64,000 nt of DNA from Pseudomonadota bacterium (GTDB lineage: Bacteria; Pseudomonadota; Gammaproteobacteria; Magnimaribacterales; D2472), in NCBI GenBank assembly GCA_028344535.1, contig JAOMBK010000002.1, positions 44,614 to 108,613 of the forward strand, read 5' to 3'. The notes under the pieces were generated by a model. The model saw nothing but the letters and a program-made list of their open reading frames with translations, searched no databases and was not told the origin of the DNA. Positions within the stretch are counted from its first letter, which is position 1, and each line of letters opens with the position of its first letter. Position numbers and translations under genes: made by a program. This document shows positions 20,881-29,666 of this stretch, piece after piece.

Positions 20881-22449
20881 ATGGGCAATTTTCGCAAACA
20901 AAAACTTACTTTATTAGGCACAATCTTCCTCGCTGCTTGCGGTGGCGGTGGCGGAGGTGGTGGAGGTGGTGGAACCTCTGATGGAGGTGGCTATGGAACC
21001 ACCCCTTCCAATACTGCACCAACTATTGATAATTCAACAAATGATTACTCAACCATTGAGGGTACGACCAATGGATTTATGGTTAATGCTTCTGATGCGG
21101 ATGGAAATTCATTAACTTATTCAGTCTCAGGAAATGATGGCTCAAAGATGTCAGTCAGCTCAAGTGGTGTTGTCTCTTTTATAAACGCTCCAGATTATGA
21201 AAACCCAGAGGATGAAAATGGAGACAACATATATTCCTTTAATGTTAGTGTGAGCGATGGAAGCTTAAGCATTGCTGAGGGCTTTACGATCACGGTAACA
21301 AATGATACTTCTGATGATAATGCAGATACTTTTGCTGCCTGGGATGGTGTGCTATTAAAAGATGATACTTATAAGCCTTATGATAAACATGCAACTTCTT
21401 ACAATTTAATTATAGGTGGCTTGCCTGATGTAACAGATGGATTTGTAACAAATGTTGCAAATATTGCCAATAAAATGTTGATTAAAAATGATGCTACTAA
21501 CTCTGTTAATAGAAATTTGTTGCTCAATAATTTTAATCAATACAAAGCATTTCAAAGAGTTGGATCTACTAATTTGAGCAGCTATGATCCAGCACTTAAT
21601 AATGATAACTATGATGGTTGGGATAATATTAATGATAATTACTCTGTTGTAGATTTTATTTGGGAAGTTACTTCCAGTTCTCCTGTTGATGAACAAACAA
21701 AAGCTGGGCAGATTAATGCGATCTTAGAGCATCTGCTTCATACCATCACATTAATATTTGATAAGAGCTTTACATCATGGGGATATGAAGATGAATCATC
21801 TGATTTGGTCCTAGCAATGAATCAAGCCATAGAAGGTAATTTCTATGACCCTTCGGGTAATTATGGCGACTTATCTGATAGCAATCCTACTCTCTACAAA
21901 AGAATTATTGCTCAAGAATTTGCATATTGGATGATAATAACAGGCTGGGACTTAAAAGCTTTATATGCTCCAGATGCTTCTCCAGAATGGACCATCCTAA
22001 CTGCCTCGGAAATGGAAACTAAGTTACCACTGGCTCATACATTATTTACAGATACTGTAAATGGAGTGTTAGTTAATCCAACTCAAGCCTATTTAGATGG
22101 CTTAACTTTTGGCTCACTACCAACCTCAACAGCTGTTGCAATTTCCGTCAGTGTAGCTGCCAATAATGCTGGCTCTGGTAATGTCTATGTAATTGATGGC
22201 ACTCAAAAGAAATCTCTAACCATGGAGGTTGGAAAAACCTATACCTTTACCCATCCAACGGCTCATCCACTTAGATTTTCTACAACAAATGATGGAACAC
22301 ATGGTGGCGGTGAGGTATACACAAGTGGTGTAGACACTTCCTCAGATGGGGTAACAATTATTGAAGTGACGGCTGATACGCCAACAACTTTATATTATTA
22401 CTGCTCTATACACTCAGGCATGGGTAGCTCGATAACAGTTTCTAGCTAG
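20881..22449 (+). CDS. Lipoprotein paralogue A: polyGly tether + cadherin-like repeat + unknown conserved core + C-terminal cupredoxin-like domain
   Basis: 522 aa. Lipobox LAAC (Cys20) followed by 11 Gly codons (20941..20973). Cadherin-like SDADGNSLTYSVSGNDG...NAPDYENPEDENGDNIYSFNVSVSDG. C-terminus has H462-PLRF ... C508-SI-H511-SG-M514. Confidence 0.7.
   Translation: MGNFRKQKLTLLGTIFLAACGGGGGGGGGGGTSDGGGYGTTPSNTAPTIDNSTNDYSTIEGTTNGFMVNASDADGNSLTYSVSGNDGSKMSVSSSGVVSFINAPDYENPEDENGDNIYSFNVSVSDGSLSIAEGFTITVTNDTSDDNADTFAAWDGVLLKDDTYKPYDKHATSYNLIIGGLPDVTDGFVTNVANIANKMLIKNDATNSVNRNLLLNNFNQYKAFQRVGSTNLSSYDPALNNDNYDGWDNINDNYSVVDFIWEVTSSSPVDEQTKAGQINAILEHLLHTITLIFDKSFTSWGYEDESSDLVLAMNQAIEGNFYDPSGNYGDLSDSNPTLYKRIIAQEFAYWMIITGWDLKALYAPDASPEWTILTASEMETKLPLAHTLFTDTVNGVLVNPTQAYLDGLTFGSLPTSTAVAISVSVAANNAGSGNVYVIDGTQKKSLTMEVGKTYTFTHPTAHPLRFSTTNDGTHGGGEVYTSGVDTSSDGVTIIEVTADTPTTLYYYCSIHSGMGSSITVSS
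22141..22446 (+). other. Predicted type-1-copper (cupredoxin-like) domain of paralogue A
   Basis: About 100 aa. The codons for His462 (cat, 22264..22266) and Cys508 (tgc, 22402..22404) were checked in the DNA. His...46 aa...Cys-x2-His-x2-Met follows the blue-copper ligand order. Confidence 0.5.
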
Positions 22450-22466
22450 TTTTTTTAAAAAACCAT

Positions 22467-22496
22467 TATAAAGCTCAGATTTATGTGAGCTTTATA
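22467..22496 (+). terminator. Hairpin between the two paralogues (possible weak terminator/attenuator)
   Basis: TATAAAGCTCA (22467..22477), 8-nt loop, TGAGCTTTATA (22486..22496). AT-rich stem with no clean U-tract. Confidence 0.3.
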
Positions 22497-22584
22497 TAAT
22501 ATGAGCATTTACTTGTTTTTAGGTATCGCGTTTAGGCTAAGTAAGTGTATTATTTGAACGTAATTAACTAAGGATTTTAGAAAA

Positions 22585-24210
22585 ATGATCAGGCGCCTCA
22601 TTCATTGTAAATTAATTCTTCCATTTTTATCTGTATTCATCTTAGCTGCTTGTGGCGGGGGTGGCGGCAGTGCAGGAGGTTCTGTTGGTCAGATTGATGG
22701 CACAAATGCTGCAAATTCAGCTCCAACTATTCTTGGTGCCTACTCAAATACTCAGGTTGCCTGCTGTTACTTCGAACCTAATAATGATTACTTTAGCATG
22801 GAGGGAATAACTTCTATATTTACCGTTAGCGCATCAGATGCTGAGGGTGACTCAATAACATTTTCATTATCGGGTGATGATGCTTCTAAAATAAATATTT
22901 CTAAAAAAGATGGAGTTAATGAGGCTGTGGTCAGTTTTATTTTAGCTCCTAACTTCGAATCTCCAGAAGATGCAAATTCAGATAATATCTACTCTTTCAA
23001 TGTTATTGTTAGCGATGGAACTCTTAGCTCCTCACAAACATTCACTATTTCTGTAACCAAAGATACCTCAGCTGATACTGCTTCTGCCTGGGATGGTGTG
23101 CTATTAAAAAATGATGCCTACAAGCCATACGACAAATATGGAACTTCTTACAATTTAATTGTGGGCGCCCTGCCGGATGTAACGGATGGGTTTGCAACTA
23201 ATGTGTTAAATATTGCTAATAAAATACTCGCTAGTAATGATGCCACCAACTCAGTCAATCGAGATTTATTGCTAAATAATTTTAATCAATACAATGCATT
23301 TCAAAGAGTTGGAAAAACCAACATGAGCAGCTACGATCCAGCACTCAACAATGACAACTATGCTGGCTGGGATAATATTAATGATAATTACTCTGTTGTA
23401 GATTTTATTTGGGAGTCTACTTATAGCTCCCCTGCTGATGAGCGAACTAAAGCCAATCAAATTAATGCGATCTTAGAGCATCTGCTTCATACCATCACAT
23501 TAATATTTGATAAGAGCTATACATCATGGGGATATGAAGATGAATCATCTGAGTTAGTTCTTGCGATGAATGAGGCAATCACAGGTGGTTTCTATAATCC
23601 TTCAGACAATTATGGCAGCTTATCTGATAGCGATCCTGCTCTCTATAAAAGAATTATTGCTCAAGAATTTGCATACTGGATGATAGTAACAGGCTGGGAT
23701 TTAAAAGCTTTGTATGCTCCAGATGCATCTCCAGAATGGACCATTGTTAATGCCTCAGAAATGGAAATAAAGTTACCACTGGCCCATACATTATTTAAAG
23801 ATACTGTAAATGGAGTGCTGGTTAATCCAACGCAAGCTTATCTGGATAGCTTGAGTTTTAGTTCGTTGGTATCAGCTACTGATGTAGCGAATGGACCGTC
23901 TTTTCTAGTTAGCGTTGCGGCCAATGCCAATGGGGCAGGAAATGTTTATGTAATTGATGGGACGCAAAAAAAATCGATTACCCTTGAGGTCGGAGTAAAT
24001 TACATTTTCAATCATTCAACTGATCATCCCCTAAGATTTTCTTCCACTCCGGATGGAACTCACGGTGGTGGCGTGGAATATGCACAGGGGGTTTATACCT
24101 ATAACCCCGGCAGAACTGAAATTGAGGTACATTCTGAAACTCCAACTACACTGTATTACTATTGCTCTATCCACCCAGGAATGGGTGGTAGCATTACAAT
24201 CTCAGATTAG
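22585..24210 (+). CDS. Lipoprotein paralogue B: same architecture as paralogue A
   Basis: 541 aa. Lipobox ILAAC followed by GGGGGSAGGS. Cadherin-like SASDAEGDSITFSLSGDD...APNFESPEDANSDNIYSFNVIVSDG. Core is highly similar to A. C-terminus has H481-PLRF ... C527-SI-H530-PG-M533. Confidence 0.7.
   Translation: MIRRLIHCKLILPFLSVFILAACGGGGGSAGGSVGQIDGTNAANSAPTILGAYSNTQVACCYFEPNNDYFSMEGITSIFTVSASDAEGDSITFSLSGDDASKINISKKDGVNEAVVSFILAPNFESPEDANSDNIYSFNVIVSDGTLSSSQTFTISVTKDTSADTASAWDGVLLKNDAYKPYDKYGTSYNLIVGALPDVTDGFATNVLNIANKILASNDATNSVNRDLLLNNFNQYNAFQRVGKTNMSSYDPALNNDNYAGWDNINDNYSVVDFIWESTYSSPADERTKANQINAILEHLLHTITLIFDKSYTSWGYEDESSELVLAMNEAITGGFYNPSDNYGSLSDSDPALYKRIIAQEFAYWMIVTGWDLKALYAPDASPEWTIVNASEMEIKLPLAHTLFKDTVNGVLVNPTQAYLDSLSFSSLVSATDVANGPSFLVSVAANANGAGNVYVIDGTQKKSITLEVGVNYIFNHSTDHPLRFSSTPDGTHGGGVEYAQGVYTYNPGRTEIEVHSETPTTLYYYCSIHPGMGGSITISD
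23902..24207 (+). other. Predicted type-1-copper (cupredoxin-like) domain of paralogue B
   Basis: Same His...46 aa...Cys-x2-His-x2-Met arrangement as paralogue A. HPLRFS and LYYYCSIH.GMG.SIT are conserved between copies. Confidence 0.5.
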
Positions 24211-24216
24211 ACCGAG

Positions 24217-24951
24217 CTAAATATAGATATCAAACCTGGTTGTTTTACCAGAAACTTGATAGTTCGTTTGGAAGGAAAAAGGCTCGGCTTTAATAGGTCT
24301 TTTAACAACCATTTTTCGTGCTGGGATTAATTGCAAAACCTCAAAGTCTTTTGTTGCATTATTTTCTAAAGACTCTACTTCCAAAATTTTTGATATGTAC
24401 TCTAGCTGTCCTGAACTTAGAGCATTCTTTTTTGAGGGTGGATACATGGGATCAAAGTAAATCACATCAAAATTTTTTGCGTGAGCGGCATAAGAGCATG
24501 CATTTGCATGAATAAGATCAAGTTTTATAAAAATGTTCTGATCCTCACTTCGACTTATTCCATCTTGCAGCAAATGAAATAAAATTTTACTTTGCTCAAG
24601 TGCTGTGACTTGATGGCCTAGGCTAAGAAATAATAAAGTATCCTGTAACATCCCTGCCGTGCAATCAAGGATGTTCAATGGACGCTCTGACTTACCCAAA
24701 GCTTTCTTGATCAGCTTCTCATGATTGGCTCTTTTGATACGCCATCCTGTTGTGCCAGAATTAAAATCTATTCGAAATTGATTAGTTGATCTTGCTTCTG
24801 GGTGAAAAAATGATAGTCCAACTTCTGATAAATAGAGATGGGGTAGATGATTGAATTCTTGCTTTGAGTTTGCAGTAGTTCCCAGTGTCTTTGCGGTATC
24901 CTCAGCCAAACTTTGTTGAATGCCCGATGCATAAACAAGAGGAGGCATCAT
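24217..24951 (-). CDS. rsmJ: 16S rRNA (guanine1516-N2)-methyltransferase RsmJ (YhiQ family)
   Basis: 244 aa. ILDCTAGMLQDTLLFLSLGHQVTALEQS, IYFDPMYP, VVKRP, TRFDIY match E. coli RsmJ as I recall it. Confidence 0.85.
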   Translation of the reverse strand: MMPPLVYASGIQQSLAEDTAKTLGTTANSKQEFNHLPHLYLSEVGLSFFHPEARSTNQFRIDFNSGTTGWRIKRANHEKLIKKALGKSERPLNILDCTAGMLQDTLLFLSLGHQVTALEQSKILFHLLQDGISRSEDQNIFIKLDLIHANACSYAAHAKNFDVIYFDPMYPPSKKNALSSGQLEYISKILEVESLENNATKDFEVLQLIPARKMVVKRPIKAEPFSFQTNYQVSGKTTRFDIYI

Positions 24952-25742
24952 ATAAGCAAAAGCACCAGACCAAGAGCAACTCTGTAAAGAACAAATGGTG
25001 TCATTCCAATCTTCTCAACAAATTGGAGAAAACTCTTGATAGTAAAAAATGCTATCAAAGCTGAGCCAATAAAGCCTGTGAGCATTATGAGCATGTCACT
25101 AAACGAAATTGAATAAGCGCCCTTAGCAAGCATTAATATCAAAGCTCCCATAATAGTGGGAATACTTAATAGAAAAGCAAACCTTGAGGTGTCTTTGATG
25201 TTTAATCCAATAATCAATGCTCCAGTTATTGCCATGCCTGATCGAGAGGCTCCCGGAAAGACGGCTAATGCCTGAAAACAACCAATTATCAAGGCTGCAA
25301 ATAAGGTTAACTCAGTTAAAGACTTCGATTGACTGGAGGATTTAAAGGCGGCGTATAACAAACCAGCAAATACGAGGTTTGCCCAAGCGATTGAATCGAT
25401 ATTTGCAGATCTAGACTCAGCCAAGTCAGATACAAGCAACCCAACCAAAACAATTGGCAAAGTTGCAACAATGAGGTTTAATCCCAGAGAGAAATTTTCC
25501 GTGTTCCTGGTTTTTGACCAGGGATTCCAAGCTTGGAGCAATCCTTGAATTTCTTTTTTAAAATAATAAATGACTGCTGCCAAGGTTCCAGCATGAACTG
25601 ATATATCAAAGACAATGCCAAAGTCTTTAGCGCCAAAAAGCAATGATGGAAACAATAAATGCGCTGAACTGGAAACAGGCAGAAATTCAGTCAGGCCTTG
25701 AATTAAGGCAAAAAGAAGTGCAAGGAAAAAATCCGAAATCAT
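24948..25742 (-). CDS. uppP: Undecaprenyl-diphosphate phosphatase
   Basis: 264 aa, polytopic. QGLTEFLPVSSSAHL and PGASRSG motifs. Confidence 0.9.
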   Translation of the reverse strand: MISDFFLALLFALIQGLTEFLPVSSSAHLLFPSLLFGAKDFGIVFDISVHAGTLAAVIYYFKKEIQGLLQAWNPWSKTRNTENFSLGLNLIVATLPIVLVGLLVSDLAESRSANIDSIAWANLVFAGLLYAAFKSSSQSKSLTELTLFAALIIGCFQALAVFPGASRSGMAITGALIIGLNIKDTSRFAFLLSIPTIMGALILMLAKGAYSISFSDMLIMLTGFIGSALIAFFTIKSFLQFVEKIGMTPFVLYRVALGLVLLLI

Positions 25743-26398
25743 GATTTTTTATAATCAGGGGTTTTAAGGTAAACAGGGTTTGCATTCTCAGGGAGGAAAA
25801 TCTCTCCAGTTTCTAACCTTGTCTTAGCTATTGTGGCAATTGGCTCAGCGCTTCCAAGGGCTTGAGATAGAAACTGCGGATTGTTTTCTACAGCTTTTGG
25901 CCATCCAGTACCAGCAAAATAACAGTCATCCTTATTCAATAAGTCTGATAGCTCTTCCATTTGCAAAAGGCCCTCAGCTGAAATTGGATTGAGCTGATGA
26001 TCATTTTTCTGATAACTGCAAAAATAACTTTCATTTGTATCGGCCTCTATGGCGACATAAATTTTTGTTTCAATCTTATCAATCCAATTGGACGCCTCAT
26101 GCGCAATTGATTCGAGATTTGAAATTGCTATTAGCGGTAATTTCTTTACTTCAGCAATGGCTTTTAAAAAAGAGGCAGTGATTCTGAGAGCTGTGTAAGA
26201 GCCTGGACCACGTGCAAACGCCATTCCATCAAGGCTATCAAAGTCTTTTGTTGAATCAAAACCAATGCTTGAAAAAAGTTTATCCCAATCAGGCCTGTCT
26301 TTTCGGTCATGGGTTTGGGTGAAAGTATTCACCTCATCATCGTGAAGCATGGAGATTGATGAGTAATTTCCACTGACATCAAGGGATAAAATTTTCAT
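25739..26398 (-). CDS. tsaB: tRNA t6A37 biosynthesis protein TsaB (YeaZ)
   Basis: 219 aa. MKILSLDVSG... and ARGPGSYTALRI motifs. Confidence 0.8.
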   Translation of the reverse strand: MKILSLDVSGNYSSISMLHDDEVNTFTQTHDRKDRPDWDKLFSSIGFDSTKDFDSLDGMAFARGPGSYTALRITASFLKAIAEVKKLPLIAISNLESIAHEASNWIDKIETKIYVAIEADTNESYFCSYQKNDHQLNPISAEGLLQMEELSDLLNKDDCYFAGTGWPKAVENNPQFLSQALGSAEPIATIAKTRLETGEIFLPENANPVYLKTPDYKKS

Positions 26399-26402
26399 TC
26401 AA

Positions 26403-27047
26403 TTAAAAATTTTGCTCAATATCCTCAAATACTTTTTCAACGGATTGGGACCCATCCACAGCAATATACTTAAGGGAACTTTTGCTTTCCTGAGATTGAT
26501 AGTAAGCAACAAGTGGCTTGGTTTCATCTTGGTAAACTTGCAAGCGATGCTTGACTGTTTCAGGCATATCATCTTCCCTTTGTATTAAAGGTTCTCCAGT
26601 CATATCATCCACGCCTTCATTTTTAGGGGGTTGAAAAACAAGATGGTAGTTTCTACCTGAGCCTGGATGCACCCTTCTGCCTGACATCCTATCTACGATT
26701 ACATCATCATCAACCTTAATTTCAATAACTTGAGTAAACTCAATGCTATTTTCTACGCATAAATCTGCTTGGCCAACCGTTCTAATCCCGCCATCAAATA
26801 AAAACCCGTTCACACAATCAGCCTGGTCAATGCGATCAAGAATTAACTCGATAATAATTTGATCAGAAACTAAGCCTCCGGAATTCATAATATCAGTAAC
26901 TTTTTTACCAAGCTCGCTGCCAGATGCTATGGCTGATCTCAACATATCGCCTGTGCTAATTTTGGGAATACTGAGAGATTCACAAATAATATCTGCCTGA
27001 GTGCCTTTTCCAGCACCTGGCGGTCCTAAAAGAAGTATTTTATTCAT
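26403..27047 (-). CDS. adk: Adenylate kinase
   Basis: 214 aa. LLGPPGAGKGTQA P-loop. LID segment GRRVHPGSGRNYH. Confidence 0.95.
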   Translation of the reverse strand: MNKILLLGPPGAGKGTQADIICESLSIPKISTGDMLRSAIASGSELGKKVTDIMNSGGLVSDQIIIELILDRIDQADCVNGFLFDGGIRTVGQADLCVENSIEFTQVIEIKVDDDVIVDRMSGRRVHPGSGRNYHLVFQPPKNEGVDDMTGEPLIQREDDMPETVKHRLQVYQDETKPLVAYYQSQESKSSLKYIAVDGSQSVEKVFEDIEQNF

Positions 27048-27421
27048 GTTTCTAATACTGCAAATGCAAGTAGATGGTTGCTTTCATCGGCTAGACTAAC
27101 ATGGGATTTGGTGATGCCCAAGTCCTCAACATAAGATTTTGCGCCAGCAGATAATAAGATTTCAGGTTTCCCAAGTGAATTTCTTAATATTTGAATATCT
27201 TTAGGGAAGATTGGATCTTTAAAGCCTGTCCCAAGGGCTTTAACAAAAGCTTCTTTGCCTGCAAATTGTTTACCAAGATAGAATTGTTTTGGCCCATTTG
27301 CCAGTTCTGCGTATTGCTCAAGCTCTTGATCGCCCAAGATTTTGTTAGCAAATGCAGATAAAGATTTCATTTTTCTGATTCTATCTAAATGTACCAAATC
27401 TGTGCCTATTCCATAAATCAT
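27044..27421 (-). CDS. acpS: Holo-[acyl-carrier-protein] synthase
   Basis: 125 aa. MIYGIGTDLVHLDRI and FAGKEAFVKALGTG. Confidence 0.85.
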   Translation of the reverse strand: MIYGIGTDLVHLDRIRKMKSLSAFANKILGDQELEQYAELANGPKQFYLGKQFAGKEAFVKALGTGFKDPIFPKDIQILRNSLGKPEILLSAGAKSYVEDLGITKSHVSLADESNHLLAFAVLET

Positions 27422-28113
27422 ATTCTAATTTTTTTAAAAAATTCTCTGCTGCTTAGTTCTCTTCCATCTAAGCATGCACTAATAGCAACCTGTAATAACT
27501 GTTTTAATTTTAGCTTATCAATTCCTTCAAGGGTTCTATTTTTAATAGCTGCAATCTCTTTAGAAGAGAATCCTTCAACATCACCTGCATTATGAAATCC
27601 TTTTTCTGGCATGTATGAATAGATGATTGAATCTTTAAACTCTGAATTTTCTTTACTATCTGTATCAAAATTAATTCCATAACCAAGCACATCAAGAAGA
27701 TCTAACTCAAAGACCCTTAAATCTAGCTCAGAAATCGCATCTGCTCTGGCAAGCTCAACAAAGTTTTGGTAAAGGTCATATAACTCCTGATTTGGCAGTC
27801 CTTTAGGCAAGAGACGCATCATTAATTCATTCACATAAAGATAGGTATAAAGATCATGCGGCCCCTTAACTGACTGAGAAAGAAAATTTGAGTCTATCTG
27901 GGTCAAGGTCTTCATCTCTGATTTACCGGTAACAATGATTCTCAAAGCAGAGAAAGGCAGTAAATGACCAAAGAACTTTGATCGAGGATTTTTTGCGCCC
28001 TTGGCCATGATAGAAACTTTTCCAGACGATTCGGTAAAAACATCTGCAATGATAGATGTATCTCCAAAAGACCTGGCATGCAAAAGAAAGCAATGCTCCC
28101 AGTTATGAGGCAT
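27418..28113 (-). CDS. recO: DNA repair protein RecO
   Basis: 231 aa. OB-fold N-terminus (FLLHARSFGDTS.I..VFT...GK). Conserved position after era. Confidence 0.8.
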   Translation of the reverse strand: MPHNWEHCFLLHARSFGDTSIIADVFTESSGKVSIMAKGAKNPRSKFFGHLLPFSALRIIVTGKSEMKTLTQIDSNFLSQSVKGPHDLYTYLYVNELMMRLLPKGLPNQELYDLYQNFVELARADAISELDLRVFELDLLDVLGYGINFDTDSKENSEFKDSIIYSYMPEKGFHNAGDVEGFSSKEIAAIKNRTLEGIDKLKLKQLLQVAISACLDGRELSSREFFKKIRI

Positions 28114-29011
28114 CTTGGTTGCTACCTACTCCCAGGCTGCTTAAATACTGAGCATCATTATTCCAATTCTTATTTACTTTAACAAAAGTTTTTAACAAAA
28201 CTTTTTTGTGAATCATTTTTTCAAGCTCAACTCTGGTTTGCTGCCCTATTCTCTTTAAATTAGAGCCTTCATGACCTATAACAATACTTTTTTGACTATC
28301 TCTAGCAACATAAATGATGACGCCTATCGATAACATTTTCCCTTCCATGGCCTTTGTTTCTACTGCCACATAGGTTTCATGAGGCAACTCATCTCCAAGC
28401 GAGCGAATAATCTTCTCCCTGACAAGCTCACTAATAAAAAAGTTATCAGGAATTTCTTTTTCTTCAGGTTCTGCTGGATATAAATGATTATTCTCTGGTA
28501 AAGATTGTTTAATACACCCAAGCAAGTCCTCAATGCCATCGTGATTTAATGCAGAAATAGGTACATAGTCACTAAAAGAGTAAATTGAATCTATCTCTTG
28601 TATTAAGGGCAAAAGATCATTCTTATTTTGCACCTGATCAACTTTATTTAACACGCAAATAGAAGGAACTTGAGTCTCTTTGATTTTTTTCAGAACCTGG
28701 CGATCCTGATCCTGTAATGAGGTTCGCTGTAGCACAAATAAAACTAGATCAGAGTCTTCAATAACGCTTAAGGCCGAGTGATTTAATACCTTATTCAGGG
28801 TTTTGGTAGCTTTGAGATGAATGCCCGGTGTATCCAAGAAAATCATTTGGAACTCTTCATCAGTTTTTACTCCTAGAATATTATTTCTAGTAGTTTGAGA
28901 TTTACGGGAGGTGATAGATATTTTTTTATCTAAGATGGTATTTAGCAGAGTTGATTTACCAACATTGGGCTTACCAACAATAGAAATATATCCACAAAAC
29001 TGCTTTTTCAT
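28103..29011 (-). CDS. era: GTPase Era
   Basis: 302 aa. GKPNVGKST, DTPG, NKVD GTPase motifs plus a C-terminal KH domain. Confidence 0.95.
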   Translation of the reverse strand: MKKQFCGYISIVGKPNVGKSTLLNTILDKKISITSRKSQTTRNNILGVKTDEEFQMIFLDTPGIHLKATKTLNKVLNHSALSVIEDSDLVLFVLQRTSLQDQDRQVLKKIKETQVPSICVLNKVDQVQNKNDLLPLIQEIDSIYSFSDYVPISALNHDGIEDLLGCIKQSLPENNHLYPAEPEEKEIPDNFFISELVREKIIRSLGDELPHETYVAVETKAMEGKMLSIGVIIYVARDSQKSIVIGHEGSNLKRIGQQTRVELEKMIHKKVLLKTFVKVNKNWNNDAQYLSSLGVGSNQDAS

Positions 29012-29661
29012 GATTGACCCAATTCAATCAAAATCAATGCTGCGACCTTCTGCTCAGATTCTTTCTTTATAGCATCAGATGCCTCAAAAGTTTTGCCATT
29101 AAACGTCACACTGCAATCGAAATAATTGCCCTGTTTATTAGATGTAACTAAATACTTAGGTAGTTCAGCTCCTTTAACCTGCAAGGCTTCTTGCAATCTT
29201 GATTTTGCATCTTTCAGTTCTGCGAATGCATTTAGAAGGGAAAAACGATTATGAAAAAGCTGCAATACAAAGTCTTTGCTCTCTTCATAACCCAGCTCAA
29301 TGAAAATTGCTCCGATGCAGGCCTCTAGAGTCCCAGCAAAAATTGAATGCTTGTGTGTTTCATCTAATTTATTGGTCCCCTTTGAGGTTTGAAGCAAATC
29401 CTTGCAATCCAATTGCTGAAAAATTTCTGCCAGCGATTGCGTATTAACCATGGATGCTCTCATTTGAGTTAATTTACCTTCATTTAAATCAGCAAAACGA
29501 TTAAAAAGATACTCGGATATAACAATCTCTAAAACTGCATCTCCCAGAAACTCCAACCTTTCATTGTTTTGGTCTGAAGAAACACTTTTATGGACAAAGG
29601 CTTGTTTAAATAAAGGCAGTTCCAAATATAATTTATTAACTGCTAAAGAATTTTTACTCAT
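29008..29661 (-). CDS. rnc: Ribonuclease III
   Basis: 217 aa. NERLEFLGDAVL signature and C-terminal dsRBD. Confidence 0.9.
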   Translation of the reverse strand: MSKNSLAVNKLYLELPLFKQAFVHKSVSSDQNNERLEFLGDAVLEIVISEYLFNRFADLNEGKLTQMRASMVNTQSLAEIFQQLDCKDLLQTSKGTNKLDETHKHSIFAGTLEACIGAIFIELGYEESKDFVLQLFHNRFSLLNAFAELKDAKSRLQEALQVKGAELPKYLVTSNKQGNYFDCSVTFNGKTFEASDAIKKESEQKVAALILIELGQS

Positions 29662-29666
29662 AGAAT

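Noticed and set aside
20941-20973. GGN x11 tract as a simple-sequence contingency locus
   Set aside because: The codons are mixed (ggt/ggc/gga), not a pure repeat, and any slippage would be in-frame. It is interpreted as a flexible linker and is discussed under the poly-Gly tether finding.
21712-21760. EHLLH in the conserved core of the paralogous lipoproteins as a zinc-metalloprotease motif
   Set aside because: The sequence is L-E-H-L-L-H. It matches neither HExxH nor the inverted HxxEH, so it does not support a peptidase call.
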